NCBI GenBank assembly: GCA_041659365.1
Contig: JBAZYH010000005.1
Span: 1 to 57,625, forward strand
Direction: 5' to 3'
Source of the DNA: Minisyncoccota bacterium
Lineage (GTDB): Bacteria > Patescibacteriota > Minisyncoccia > Phycocordibacterales > GWA1-40-21
Length of the DNA: 57,625 nucleotides
Both the position numbers and the translations under genes were made by a program. How positions within the stretch are numbered: position 1 is the stretch's first letter; every line of letters starts with the position of its first letter. Shown here piece by piece: positions 47,952-56,689 of the stretch. The notes under the pieces were generated by a model. The model was not told where the DNA came from. It saw only the letters and a program-made list of their open reading frames with translations, and made no database searches.

Positions 47952-48067
47952 CCCGTTAGAGACAGGTCGTGGTTTTGTTCCACTTCCAGTCAAAATTATT
48001 GCTAATAATATTTATCATAAATTTATTTTTAGTATTTTCAACAAACGACCGCGGTCTCTAACGGGAC
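47950..48067 (-). promoter_or_regulatory. Inverted repeat of 19-20 bp bracketing the upstream region of the ATPase gene
   Basis: ATCCCGTTAGAGACAGGTCG (47950-47969) and CGACCGCGGTCTCTAACGGGAC (48046-48067), separated by 76 AT-rich nt. Confidence 0.55.
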
Positions 48068-48113
48068 CATTTGAAATATATTATATCATTCAAAAAAAAT
48101 TTTACTAACAAAA

Positions 48114-49307
48114 TTAAATATTTTTGTTTATTGAAATATTTTTTGAAAGTAGTGCTTCAACAGTGTAAGTATTACCTGCATCCCAAAGCATCCAAGAATC
48201 AAGACCTGAATCATAAGTAGCTTGTATTTGTGCTCTTATCATCTCTGGAGTATATTTCACTGGATAGTCATTGTCTTGAAGCCATGGTCTGAGCTTTGAA
48301 GGTGAGCTTGTCGCGGCTATTGCCCTCTCTACACCTCTATCCATTGAAAACTTAACAATATCATATGGATGTGCATTTACATCCTTATAACCATTAAAAC
48401 CGCTTGGATAATGTGATGGATAAACCATAGGTGCAATATAATCAAAATATGGCAAAGCATTCTCAAGTACCTGACCAATATTTAAATCGTCCGTATTTGT
48501 CATTGTCATACCAAAAAAGTCAGCAGATATTGGAGCAGGAATATCTTTTAGATTTTGATTCAAGTAAACAAAGAATTCTTTCATAACATCAGCTTTGACT
48601 TTTCCATTACTAAAGGGATAATAAATATCTTTCATGTTTCCATCTGAAGGAAATCTTATGTAGTCAAAATTTAATTCATCAAAACCAACACCGTAAGATT
48701 CTTTTGCTAAGGCAACAAGATAATCCCAAGAATCTTTTGAACCAGCGTCAAGCCAGCTTACACCTTTATAATCTTTCCATACACCACCGTCGCTACTTCT
48801 TTTTACTGCAAGTTCTGGTCTTTTACTAACGAGGTACTTATCTTGAAAAGATGATATTCTAGCTATTACATAGATGCCATTGTCATGAAGTTTGCCAATA
48901 AATTCTTTTATATCCTTAACCTTACACCCAGAGCCAATATTTTCTTTAAATAATTTATTTTCTGAATTAAATGATATGGTTCCAGTATAATCTTTTACAT
49001 CTATCATAATAGAATTTATTTCTGTAGTCTTTGCAATTTTCAAAAGTTTCTCCCTAAAGCTAGGTGTGGCTGCAACACAAGCAGACATGTAAATACCCTT
49101 AAGTGGAACAGGAGTTTTTATATGAGTTACAATAAATTCTGGTTCTTCGATTACGACAGGCGTTGTTGTGGCTTGGGTATCACCTTTTACTATTAAATTT
49201 TTAAAATTTGATGGAAAAAGATAAGGTAAAATAAAATAAGCACAAAAAATAACGAGAAAAGAAATAAAAAAAAAAGATAGATGTTTATATTTATAAATTC
49301 TTTTCAT
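48114..49307 (-). CDS. Putative glycoside hydrolase (DUF4015/GHL-type TIM barrel), N-terminal membrane anchor
   Basis: 397 aa with GIYMSA, IMIDVKDYTG and GFDELNFDYIRFPSDG motifs. Confidence 0.65.
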   Translation of the reverse strand: MKRIYKYKHLSFFFISFLVIFCAYFILPYLFPSNFKNLIVKGDTQATTTPVVIEEPEFIVTHIKTPVPLKGIYMSACVAATPSFREKLLKIAKTTEINSIMIDVKDYTGTISFNSENKLFKENIGSGCKVKDIKEFIGKLHDNGIYVIARISSFQDKYLVSKRPELAVKRSSDGGVWKDYKGVSWLDAGSKDSWDYLVALAKESYGVGFDELNFDYIRFPSDGNMKDIYYPFSNGKVKADVMKEFFVYLNQNLKDIPAPISADFFGMTMTNTDDLNIGQVLENALPYFDYIAPMVYPSHYPSGFNGYKDVNAHPYDIVKFSMDRGVERAIAATSSPSKLRPWLQDNDYPVKYTPEMIRAQIQATYDSGLDSWMLWDAGNTYTVEALLSKNISINKNI

Positions 49308-49316
49308 TTTTAGATT

Positions 49317-49553
49317 TTATTTATCTTCTTCTTTTTGTTGTGGTGCACTTTGAGAAAATGTGTCTGTCTTAATTTCTACGCCATGTAAATGTCTAAGAAC
49401 CTCATGGAGTTCGCCTCTTATTAAGATAGAAAGGACAACTATGGCTAAACCAGCCAAGAAATAAAAATAATTTTTTACAGCAGAAGAAAAACCTAAAAAC
49501 TGCATAACAGTAATCGCAACCCCCAAAGCAAATATTGATGAAATTTTTACCAT
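49317..49553 (-). CDS. Small membrane protein
   Basis: 78 aa with two hydrophobic segments. Confidence 0.5.
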   Translation of the reverse strand: MVKISSIFALGVAITVMQFLGFSSAVKNYFYFLAGLAIVVLSILIRGELHEVLRHLHGVEIKTDTFSQSAPQQKEEDK

Positions 49554-49713
49554 ATTTTTATTTACCCGTTAAAGTTTTGACTGACACATTAGTTTTCTAA
49601 CTAATGTATGGAAAATTATTAAATTTTCTATCAGTCAAAATTTTTTCAGGTGAATTATTTATTATTAAGTACTTACAATATAACATAAATAAGAACAAAA
49701 AGCAGATTTAATT

Positions 49714-50073
49714 CTATTTATTTAGTCTTTTTACAAACAATCTAACCCCAACACCTTTTTCATAATAATCTTTCTGATAAGCGAATTCCTCAAAACCAAC
49801 TTTTTCATAAAGCGAATAGGCTTTATTTTGTTCTATTTCTTTACCAGTCCAAAAACTAATCCACACAATACCATTTTTCTTAAAATATGAAAGTGCAAAA
49901 GCAAGAATTTTTTTAGCTAAACCTTGTCTTCTATATTCTGGTTTAATAAATATATAATTCATTCCAATATTTCTTTTACCAGAAGAATCATCTGGATATT
50001 GAAATTTTAGATAACCAATATTTTTATTTTTATCTTTAAGAACAAATTTATTTTTCAATATGGTTATTTCCAC
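49714..50073 (-). CDS. GNAT-family N-acetyltransferase
   Basis: 119 aa with RRQGLAKKILAFAL. Confidence 0.7.
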   Translation of the reverse strand: MEITILKNKFVLKDKNKNIGYLKFQYPDDSSGKRNIGMNYIFIKPEYRRQGLAKKILAFALSYFKKNGIVWISFWTGKEIEQNKAYSLYEKVGFEEFAYQKDYYEKGVGVRLFVKRLNK

Positions 50074-50084
50074 AGAATAATAGA

Positions 50085-50762
50085 TTACTTATCACTAACT
50101 ATCACAACAAACTCCCCCCTCACTTTATCAGGATTATCATTAAAATATTTTTGTACCTCTAAAACACTCCCAGAAACGATTTGCTCATAGATCTTTGTTA
50201 ATTCTCTAGCAATAATTACTTTCTTATCTGGAGCAAATTTATTTAATGATTCTAAAGTTTTTATTATTCTATGAGGTGATTCATAAAAAGCCATCAATCT
50301 CTCAGAAGCAGCTATTTCTTTAAATAAAGTTTCCCTACCTTTCTTATGCGGAAGAAAACCTAAAAAAGTAAACTCAGCCACTGACACACCAGAAATAGAT
50401 AGCGCGGCAACAACAGCACTTGGACCTGGAACGGCTATTATTTCAACTTCGGGACAAGCCTGTTTAATTTGGGAGACCAAAAGTGATCCTGGATCAGAAA
50501 TAGTTGGGGTTCCAGCATCAGAAACTAAAGCTAAATTTTTACCTTCATTAAGTAATTCAATTATTTTATCTGCTTTAGAAATTTTACTTTGAGCATGATA
50601 ACTCATAGTGGGCGTTTTTATTCCATATCTATCTAAAAGGACCCTAGTAACTCTAGTATCTTCACAAAGAACCAAATCTACCTCACCTAAAATTCTCACA
50701 GCTCTATATGTGATATCTTCAAGATTACCAATTGGAGTTCCTACTACATAAAATTTTGACAT
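50085..50762 (-). CDS. rsmI: 16S rRNA (cytidine1402-2'-O)-methyltransferase
   Basis: VVGTPIGNLEDITYRAVRIL, LCEDTR and SDAGTP motifs. Confidence 0.9.
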   Translation of the reverse strand: MSKFYVVGTPIGNLEDITYRAVRILGEVDLVLCEDTRVTRVLLDRYGIKTPTMSYHAQSKISKADKIIELLNEGKNLALVSDAGTPTISDPGSLLVSQIKQACPEVEIIAVPGPSAVVAALSISGVSVAEFTFLGFLPHKKGRETLFKEIAASERLMAFYESPHRIIKTLESLNKFAPDKKVIIARELTKIYEQIVSGSVLEVQKYFNDNPDKVRGEFVVIVSDK

Positions 50763-50841
50763 AAAACAATACTAACAAAAATCACAGAAAAAGAAAAACC
50801 CACTAAAGCAGGTTTTTCTTTTTAGTGGGTTATATATAAGA

Positions 50842-51030
50842 CTACCATGTTGTTCGAGGACAACGATGGGGCGAATCAGGATGATTTCTTTCTTCTCGTC
50901 TAGTTTTCTTTCTTTCATCACTGTCATCAAGTAAACGACAAATATGACGAATTTCTCCAATTTTGCCACCAGGAAAAGTAGATTTTCCCCTACTTTTAAT
51001 AATCTTCTTGATTTCTTCCAATGCATTCAT
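50842..51030 (-). CDS. Small basic hypothetical protein
   Basis: 62 aa from the MNALEE methionine. GAAAGGA lies 9 nt upstream and a hairpin terminator lies at about 50790-50830. Confidence 0.4.
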   Translation of the reverse strand: MNALEEIKKIIKSRGKSTFPGGKIGEIRHICRLLDDSDERKKTRREERNHPDSPHRCPRTTW

Positions 51031-51161
51031 GATTTTTAATCCTTTCATAGATTAACCAAGATAATAATGGACTTAGAAAGATACCTCCTAGTGCTCACTG
51101 GAGATACAATCTATTCAAAACTAATACTAAGGATATTAATTTAAAAGTCAACAAAAGAAAC

Positions 51162-51198
51162 CTGGATTGCTACGTCGGATTACCTCCTCTCAATGACA
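51162..51198 (+). repeat. Type A repeat
   Basis: CTGGATTGCTACGTCGGATTACCTCCTCTCAATGACA. It shares its variable core with the copy at 14235-14271. Confidence 0.8.
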
Positions 51199-51216
51199 AT
51201 TCAAATTTTATTATTT

Positions 51217-51247
51217 TAAAATCCCGAGGACGGTCCTCGGGATTTTT
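51217..51247 (-). terminator. Hairpin terminator after murC
   Basis: AAAATCCCGAGGAC-CGTCCTCGGGATTTT. Confidence 0.7.
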
Positions 51248-51270
51248 GATTTTATACTGTATACAACATA

Positions 51271-52566
51271 CTAAATACTGGATACTAATCCCTCTCCTAT
51301 CTTATATACATCTCCTGCTCCCACAGTAATCAATACATCACCTTTTTTCAAATTTTCTTTAATATATTTTTCTATATCCTCAAAAGATTTAAAAGAAATT
51401 ACTTTTTTATTTTTAATTTTGCCAGATAAAATTTCAGAAGAAATAGTAGGATCAAAAACTTCTCTTGCAGGATATATAGGAGCTAAAAGTACCTCATCCG
51501 CATCATTAAAAGATTTTGCAAAATCATTTAATAAAAGTTTAGTTCTAGAAAAAAGATGTGGCTGAAATACAACTATAATTTTTTTATTATTAAAAAACTC
51601 CCTAGCTCCTTTAAGGGTTGCTTTTATCTCTGTTGGATGGTGTGCATAATCATCATAAACAATCACACCATCTTTTGTTTCACCCTTATGTTCAAACCTT
51701 CTCCATGTACCAGAAAATCCTTCGACTGATTTTAAAGCTTTATGTTTATCAATTTGTAATATATGAGCCACAGCCAAAGCCATGGAAGCATTTTTCTTAT
51801 TATGATCACCTGGGACTTTCATTTTAAGTTCTCTATCAAAAAATTCTTCACTAGAAATGACTTTAGCTTTTATATCACTCAAAATAGGAGAGACAATCTT
51901 GTCTCTTGGATTACAAATAATATATCCACTCTTCGGAACCTTATTTACAAACTCTGTAAAAGCAGACTGTATGTCTGCCAAATCTTTATAAAAATCTAAA
52001 TGGTCATTGTCTATGTTTGTAACTATTGCAACAGTTGGCTCAATATTTAAAAATGATTTTCTATATTCACAAGATTCAACGACTAAATATTTTGATTTAC
52101 CTGCAATAAAATTTGTCTTCGTATCTTTAAGCATAGAACCAACGATAACAGTTGGATCAAGTCCTGCGTCCATCATTATCTTTGCGATCATCGCTGTAGT
52201 AGTGGTTTTCCCATGAGTACCAGAAACAGCAATCGTAAATTTATCCTTTGAAATCTCATGAAGGGCTTGCGGATAGGTAATCATCTTTATTCCTAATTTT
52301 ACAACCTGTTTAAATTCAGGATTCTCTGGGGTTATAGCTATCGTATAAATAACCAAATCAATATCTTTTGAAATATTTTTACTATCATGACCTATAAATA
52401 TTTTTGCTCCAGTTTTTTTTAATTCAGAAATATTTTCTGAGTCTGACATATCAGAACCACTTACCTTCTTTCCTTCCAAAATAAGCATTCTTGCAATAGC
52501 AGAAATACCTATTCCACCTATACCTATGAAGTGCACTCTTTTAGAATCTTTAAGAAAATTTTTCAT
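51271..52566 (-). CDS. murC: UDP-N-acetylmuramate--L-alanine ligase
   Basis: HFIGIGGIGISAIA and SGTHGKTTT motifs, 431 aa. Confidence 0.93.
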   Translation of the reverse strand: MKNFLKDSKRVHFIGIGGIGISAIARMLILEGKKVSGSDMSDSENISELKKTGAKIFIGHDSKNISKDIDLVIYTIAITPENPEFKQVVKLGIKMITYPQALHEISKDKFTIAVSGTHGKTTTTAMIAKIMMDAGLDPTVIVGSMLKDTKTNFIAGKSKYLVVESCEYRKSFLNIEPTVAIVTNIDNDHLDFYKDLADIQSAFTEFVNKVPKSGYIICNPRDKIVSPILSDIKAKVISSEEFFDRELKMKVPGDHNKKNASMALAVAHILQIDKHKALKSVEGFSGTWRRFEHKGETKDGVIVYDDYAHHPTEIKATLKGAREFFNNKKIIVVFQPHLFSRTKLLLNDFAKSFNDADEVLLAPIYPAREVFDPTISSEILSGKIKNKKVISFKSFEDIEKYIKENLKKGDVLITVGAGDVYKIGEGLVSSI

Positions 52567-52571
52567 ATTTT

Positions 52572-53933
52572 TTATTTTAGTCTCTTAACTAACCTTACAA
52601 ACTGATCGCCCCTATCAAATTCATTCTTAAACATCCCAAACGATGCAAAAGCAGGACTCAAAACCAAAATATCACCCTTTTTTGATGCTTTTAAGGCCTC
52701 TAAAAGGCTCGTCTTGAGGTCTTTTACCAAAACACCGTCTATCTTACTACCAAGCTTTTCTGTACCTGTTCCAGCCAATAATATAACTTTTTTACAGTAT
52801 TTAGGTATCTCTTTTATAAGGCCAGACATATCAAGATTCTTATCAGCTCCACCCATTATTAGGATAACATTTTTCTTTTTAGAATCTCCTAAAGCTCTGA
52901 GTGCCATAACTGTTGCGTCAGGAGTCGTAGCGGTAGTATCATTATAAATTTTTACTCCTTTATGTTCTCTCAAAAATTCTTGTCTACCTTCTACACCAGA
53001 AAAATTTTCAACCACCCTTTTAATATCTTTAATATTTATACCCAATATTTTTGCAACCTCAATTGCTTGTAAAATATTCTGTATATTATGTTCACCTTTA
53101 ATTTTAAACTTCCAACCTTTTATCTGACTTTCATCAGTCATAATTATCTTACTTTCGATTTTTCCTTTGTATCTTTTATTAATTTCTTTTTTAATAAAAC
53201 TATTCAAAATAATATAATTATCCTTTTTTTGATTACAAAAAACTTTTGACTTATCATCAAAATATTTTTGTGTTGCTTCTGTTTCATCCTTACTCACCTT
53301 TAAATAATAATTCAGATGGTCTGGTAAAAGATTTGTAAAAACAGAAATATCTGGACTTATGCAAGAATCTCCAAAACCTTGAAGTTGCCAAGATGAAAGT
53401 TCCATAACAACAATATCTCCAGGTTTAACTTTTTTAAGAAGTGGTAATGTTGCAAGCCCCTTAATATTTCCACCGAGATAAACTTTACAGCAAAGTTTGC
53501 TTTCGGATTTCTTAAGAATTTCATAAATTAAATAAGTAGTAGTAGTCTTTCCTCTCGTGCCAGTAACACCCACTATTTTTATATCTTTTGAAACTTTAAC
53601 AAACAAAGATTCATCCATTTCCACAGGAATATTATTTTTCTTTGCTTCATTTATATAAGGAGAATCTAATGGAACACCGGCTGCTTTTAAAATAAAATCT
53701 CTATTTTTAAAATCTTCTAGTCTGTGCTCACCTAAAATATATTTAATATCTTTGTATTTAGAAAGTTTTTTTAAGGTAGGAGCTAAATCTTCGGCTGTTT
53801 TCAGATCAGTAATTATTAAATCAGCACCGCATTCTGCCAAAAGTTTTGCATCATTTAGACCACGTCCAAGAAGCCCGAGTCCGAGCATAGTCACCTTCTT
53901 GCCTTTAAAATATTCTTTATAATCCTTCATCAC
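52572..53933 (-). CDS. murD: UDP-N-acetylmuramoylalanine--D-glutamate ligase
   Basis: GLGLLGRG and GVTGTRGKTTT motifs, 453 aa. Confidence 0.9.
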   Translation of the reverse strand: MMKDYKEYFKGKKVTMLGLGLLGRGLNDAKLLAECGADLIITDLKTAEDLAPTLKKLSKYKDIKYILGEHRLEDFKNRDFILKAAGVPLDSPYINEAKKNNIPVEMDESLFVKVSKDIKIVGVTGTRGKTTTTYLIYEILKKSESKLCCKVYLGGNIKGLATLPLLKKVKPGDIVVMELSSWQLQGFGDSCISPDISVFTNLLPDHLNYYLKVSKDETEATQKYFDDKSKVFCNQKKDNYIILNSFIKKEINKRYKGKIESKIIMTDESQIKGWKFKIKGEHNIQNILQAIEVAKILGINIKDIKRVVENFSGVEGRQEFLREHKGVKIYNDTTATTPDATVMALRALGDSKKKNVILIMGGADKNLDMSGLIKEIPKYCKKVILLAGTGTEKLGSKIDGVLVKDLKTSLLEALKASKKGDILVLSPAFASFGMFKNEFDRGDQFVRLVKRLK

Positions 53934-53988
53934 TGCATTCTATCAAAAATAGAAAAAATAAAAAGTAACTTTTACTTATAAAAGAAAA

Positions 53989-54017
53989 CGCCGTAGTACC
54001 CAAAGATACATACGGCG
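53989..54017 (-). terminator. Rho-independent terminator
   Basis: CGCCGTA...TACGGCG followed by TTTTCTTTT on the minus strand. Confidence 0.65.
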
Positions 54018-54034
54018 CTTTAAACGAACAAGAG

Positions 54035-55240
54035 CTACTTTCCGATAATCTCTTTCAGCGTAGCGAGTTCCTGATGGGCTTTAAAGGCTTCTCCTTTCGG
54101 ATCCACCAAAATCTCAAATTCCACCTTTTTTGCTCTTAATGATTCCAAGCTCAACTTACGTTGTTCAAGTTCCTTCTCAAGAGCCAGAATAGAATTTTCG
54201 TGTTCACTAATAGCCTGACAACAAGATAACATCGTCGTTGTTGCTCTTACAAAACTATCGTTAAGTGTTACCAGAGCACGAACTCCATCAATAAACGAGT
54301 TGGTTTTTACTTCATGACCTTTAACTTCAGCAGTAACTGGAGTATCAAGAGGTTTTTCCTGCTCAACAACCGGTATCACAACAGGAATAATCTGTTCCGC
54401 TTCTAACTTCTTAACTTCAGAAGCAAGACCGGCTTGATTAACACCAACAAGTATATAACCACCTTGAACCCCCTTAATTTTCCCCCTACTAACGAGGGCT
54501 CTCAATACTTGTGCGGGAGCTCTACCATCAGAGTTTTTTGTCATATTTGCCAATTCGCTCTTAATTGTAAGCTCAGATATCACAAATCCAACTGTATTTC
54601 CAAAAAGTCTCTCTAAAAAAATACTTACAGAAACTTCTTCATTAATAAAACCTCTCAAACTATCTCTCTTATCATCCTTTTTATCGGTGATTTGAGGGAT
54701 ACTTTTAAGTGTTTCCGTTTGTTTAACTTCTTTAGAAAAATCTTGCGGCTTAGGTATTGATGGTGACTCAGAAACAATTTGTTCAGAAATAGGTGTTTGA
54801 GAAACTCCCACCTCATCTTTTTTAGGAAGTTCAACAAAACCTTCACGAAGATAAGTCGGAATTATTCCATTACTAATCAATTCCTTTTCCTTTGCCAAGG
54901 CTCTAGAAAAAATATCCATCAACATCTGTCCAGTACTTCCTGGTTGAGAACAAAGACAGTTATAAAAAAAGACCGCAGTTGTATTATCTGATGACTGATA
55001 TCTAAAATAAAGAAAGCCACCTTTATAAGATATCAGATTAATTTGACCAACGTTATCACCTAACTTAAATTCAACTTTTTTCTCACAACTCAGAATAAGC
55101 TGACCATCATCTGCCAAACCAGATTCAATCAAAAGAATTCTTAATGCTCTTAATCTATCCTTCAAATGATTTGTGATCCATTCTTTGGGAGGAGTTCTCA
55201 TCTTTCCAGTACGAATTTCTATTCTTAATGGAGTAGACAT
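54035..55240 (-). CDS. Hypothetical protein (possible winged-helix segment, C-terminal coiled coil)
   Basis: 401-aa ORF with no recognisable catalytic motif, its own terminator and a long upstream non-coding region. Confidence 0.6.
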   Translation of the reverse strand: MSTPLRIEIRTGKMRTPPKEWITNHLKDRLRALRILLIESGLADDGQLILSCEKKVEFKLGDNVGQINLISYKGGFLYFRYQSSDNTTAVFFYNCLCSQPGSTGQMLMDIFSRALAKEKELISNGIIPTYLREGFVELPKKDEVGVSQTPISEQIVSESPSIPKPQDFSKEVKQTETLKSIPQITDKKDDKRDSLRGFINEEVSVSIFLERLFGNTVGFVISELTIKSELANMTKNSDGRAPAQVLRALVSRGKIKGVQGGYILVGVNQAGLASEVKKLEAEQIIPVVIPVVEQEKPLDTPVTAEVKGHEVKTNSFIDGVRALVTLNDSFVRATTTMLSCCQAISEHENSILALEKELEQRKLSLESLRAKKVEFEILVDPKGEAFKAHQELATLKEIIGK

Positions 55241-55667
55241 GATTAACCCACTTTCTTTACTCTATTTGTTTACAAAAAACATAGTCAGGATTCACAAGAG
55301 TCCTGACCGTCTGATTTCCTTTTAGAATATATACTAATAAGGGTTATTAATCAACCTTGTTAAATTAGATGCTGAACGATGTTAAAATTCAAATTTTAAA
55401 GGATTTTCTATTTTATGTGTACACGAGTTACTAAGTAAAATTTTTCGCTATGCTTGTCGACATATCAGGAATCTGTCACGAGTTTTTTCTTACTAGAAAA
55501 ACTCTCGACCGTTACACGGTCAGTACACCATTTTGGATATTTTATTTCATTATCATTCATAAAATATCTCAAAAGGTCTTTCGGTTGGGTCCCTTACCCA
55601 ATCCTCAACCCGACTCACTCGCCTTCGCTCGCTCCGTCTTTCGATTCCCATACACCCAATTAAAAAT

Positions 55668-55697
55668 GGACAAATGCTACCTATTTCGCATTTGTCC
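55668..55697 (-). terminator. Terminator downstream of tRNA-Ile
   Basis: GGACAAATGC...GCATTTGTCC with T runs on both strands. Confidence 0.65.
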
Positions 55698-55707
55698 TAT
55701 TTTTATT

Positions 55708-55748
55708 TGTGGGCGTATCAGGAATCGAACCTGAGACCTCGTCATTAT
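55708..55748 (-). repeat. Partial copy of the 3' part of tRNA-Ile
   Basis: 41 nt identical to 55807-55847. This covers the 3' acceptor strand, the T arm, the variable region and the 3' strand of the anticodon stem. Confidence 0.9.
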
Positions 55749-55808
55749 TAGGTAAAAATGTTTGGGAACCATTTTTACAGCTCTATCATTTAAAAATAGT
55801 AAACACTG

Positions 55809-55882
55809 TGGGCGTATCAGGAATCGAACCTGAGACCTCGTCATTATCAGTGACGCGCTCTAACCATCTGAGCTATACGCCC
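55809..55882 (-). tRNA. tRNA-Ile (anticodon GAT)
   Basis: GGGCGTATAGCTCAGATGGTTAGAGCGCGTCACTGATAATGACGAGGTCTCAGGTTCGATTCCTGATACGCCCA folds as a canonical 74-nt cloverleaf. CCA is not encoded. Confidence 0.93.
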
Positions 55883-55913
55883 ACACTATTTGCTATTATT
55901 TTCAAATGAACTA

Positions 55914-55932
55914 CATCTGAGCTATACGCCCA
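55914..55932 (-). repeat. Partial copy of the 5' end of tRNA-Ile
   Basis: 19 nt identical to 55865-55883 (5' acceptor strand plus part of the D arm). Confidence 0.85.
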
Positions 55933-56157
55933 ACACTTAAACAAACTTTTATCACAAATCAAAATATAGCAAAAATAACGTAAAAATACAAATTTATAAT
56001 ATTAAATATTATCTAATACACCTAACTACTATCAAAACACAATATTAATTATCTAAAATTTTACTACTTGAATAACAAAAAAAGGCAATTAAAAAGCGCT
56101 CACTATCCTCGGGGAAATAGTCAAGCGCTCTTGAATTGTTGCATGCGAATTTACTTA

Positions 56158-56373
56158 TTAAGAAAAACACGCCGCAAACAATTTGAAGGGCCAATGCCAA
56201 ACTGGCATATACGACCCACAGTACTCGTTGCCCACCTGAGCACAGAAGAGGAGGCAAGCAAACAAGTACAAAGAAACAATGAACACAATTGTTGACAGAA
56301 GCTCTTTCAAGACTTCGTCAGCAATTTGGGTAAAAAAACCACCAGCGCCGTTAAGATCGATATCGCTTTTCAT
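56158..56373 (-). CDS. Possible 71-aa Cys-rich membrane peptide
   Basis: GAAAGGGA lies 7 nt before the ATG. A hydrophobic core is present and a hairpin plus T run follow (about 56085-56130). Overlapping alternative frames exist. Confidence 0.35.
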   Translation of the reverse strand: MKSDIDLNGAGGFFTQIADEVLKELLSTIVFIVSLYLFACLLFCAQVGNEYCGSYMPVWHWPFKLFAACFS

Positions 56374-56441
56374 GGTGTAATCCCTTTCTATCTATAATAC
56401 TATCATACTATAAAATAAAAGTCAAGTAAATTATAGGTAGC

Positions 56442-56469
56442 AAAAAACAGCTATTTCTAGCTGTTTTTT
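56442..56469 (-). terminator. Bidirectional hairpin terminator about 220 nt after the 16S 3' end
   Basis: AAAAAACAGCTA-TTTC-TAGCTGTTTTTT. Confidence 0.7.
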
Positions 56470-56486
56470 AAGTTCTTTTGCTTGCA

Positions 56487-56518
56487 CCCCGTCAAATTGT
56501 ATTTTTATTTGACTGGGG
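56487..56518 (+). repeat. CCCC/GGGG-clamped hairpin repeat
   Basis: CCCCGTCAAATTGTATTTTTATTTGACTGGGG, a near reverse complement of 20855-20886. Confidence 0.75.
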
Positions 56519-56689
56519 TATATTGTTCTTTCTTTTGTTCCGTTCCCTATCCACTAGGTGGATGGTGTAGTCTTTCCCACTGTATATTGTATTTAAAGTT
56601 TACACAAACCTTTCAATGCTCAATTGAGGCATTGAAAACCGACCGATCAGTTAGATGAAGTACCGAAGTACAACATAAAACGTGTTCGA

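Noticed and set aside
55240-55700. Possible tmRNA, RNase P RNA, SRP RNA or 5S rRNA in this and other long intergenic regions (24650-25150, 55933-56157, 56045-56400).
   Set aside because: I could not find the diagnostic conserved blocks: GAGGAAAGTCC for RNase P, the tRNA-like GGTTCGA...CCA end plus a tag ORF for tmRNA, the SRP domain IV motif, or the 5S loop sequences. The regions are left unassigned.
55709-55909. 66-aa ORF with the duplicated peptide VGVSGIEPETSSL.
   Set aside because: It is the antisense reading of tRNA-Ile and of its partial 3' copy, not a protein.
54035-55932. Intact integrative island or prophage at tRNA-Ile.
   Set aside because: No integrase or phage structural genes are present, and the direct repeats are only about 60 nt apart. 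At most this is a scar.
56045-56295. Alternative ORFs overlapping the 71-aa peptide gene (56045-56257 minus, 56068-56295 plus), and a double-glycine bacteriocin-leader reading of MKSDIDLNGAGG.
   Set aside because: Only the 56158-56373 frame has an upstream motif and a downstream terminator in register. The N-terminus does not fit the LSxxELxxIxGG leader consensus, and no transporter gene is nearby.
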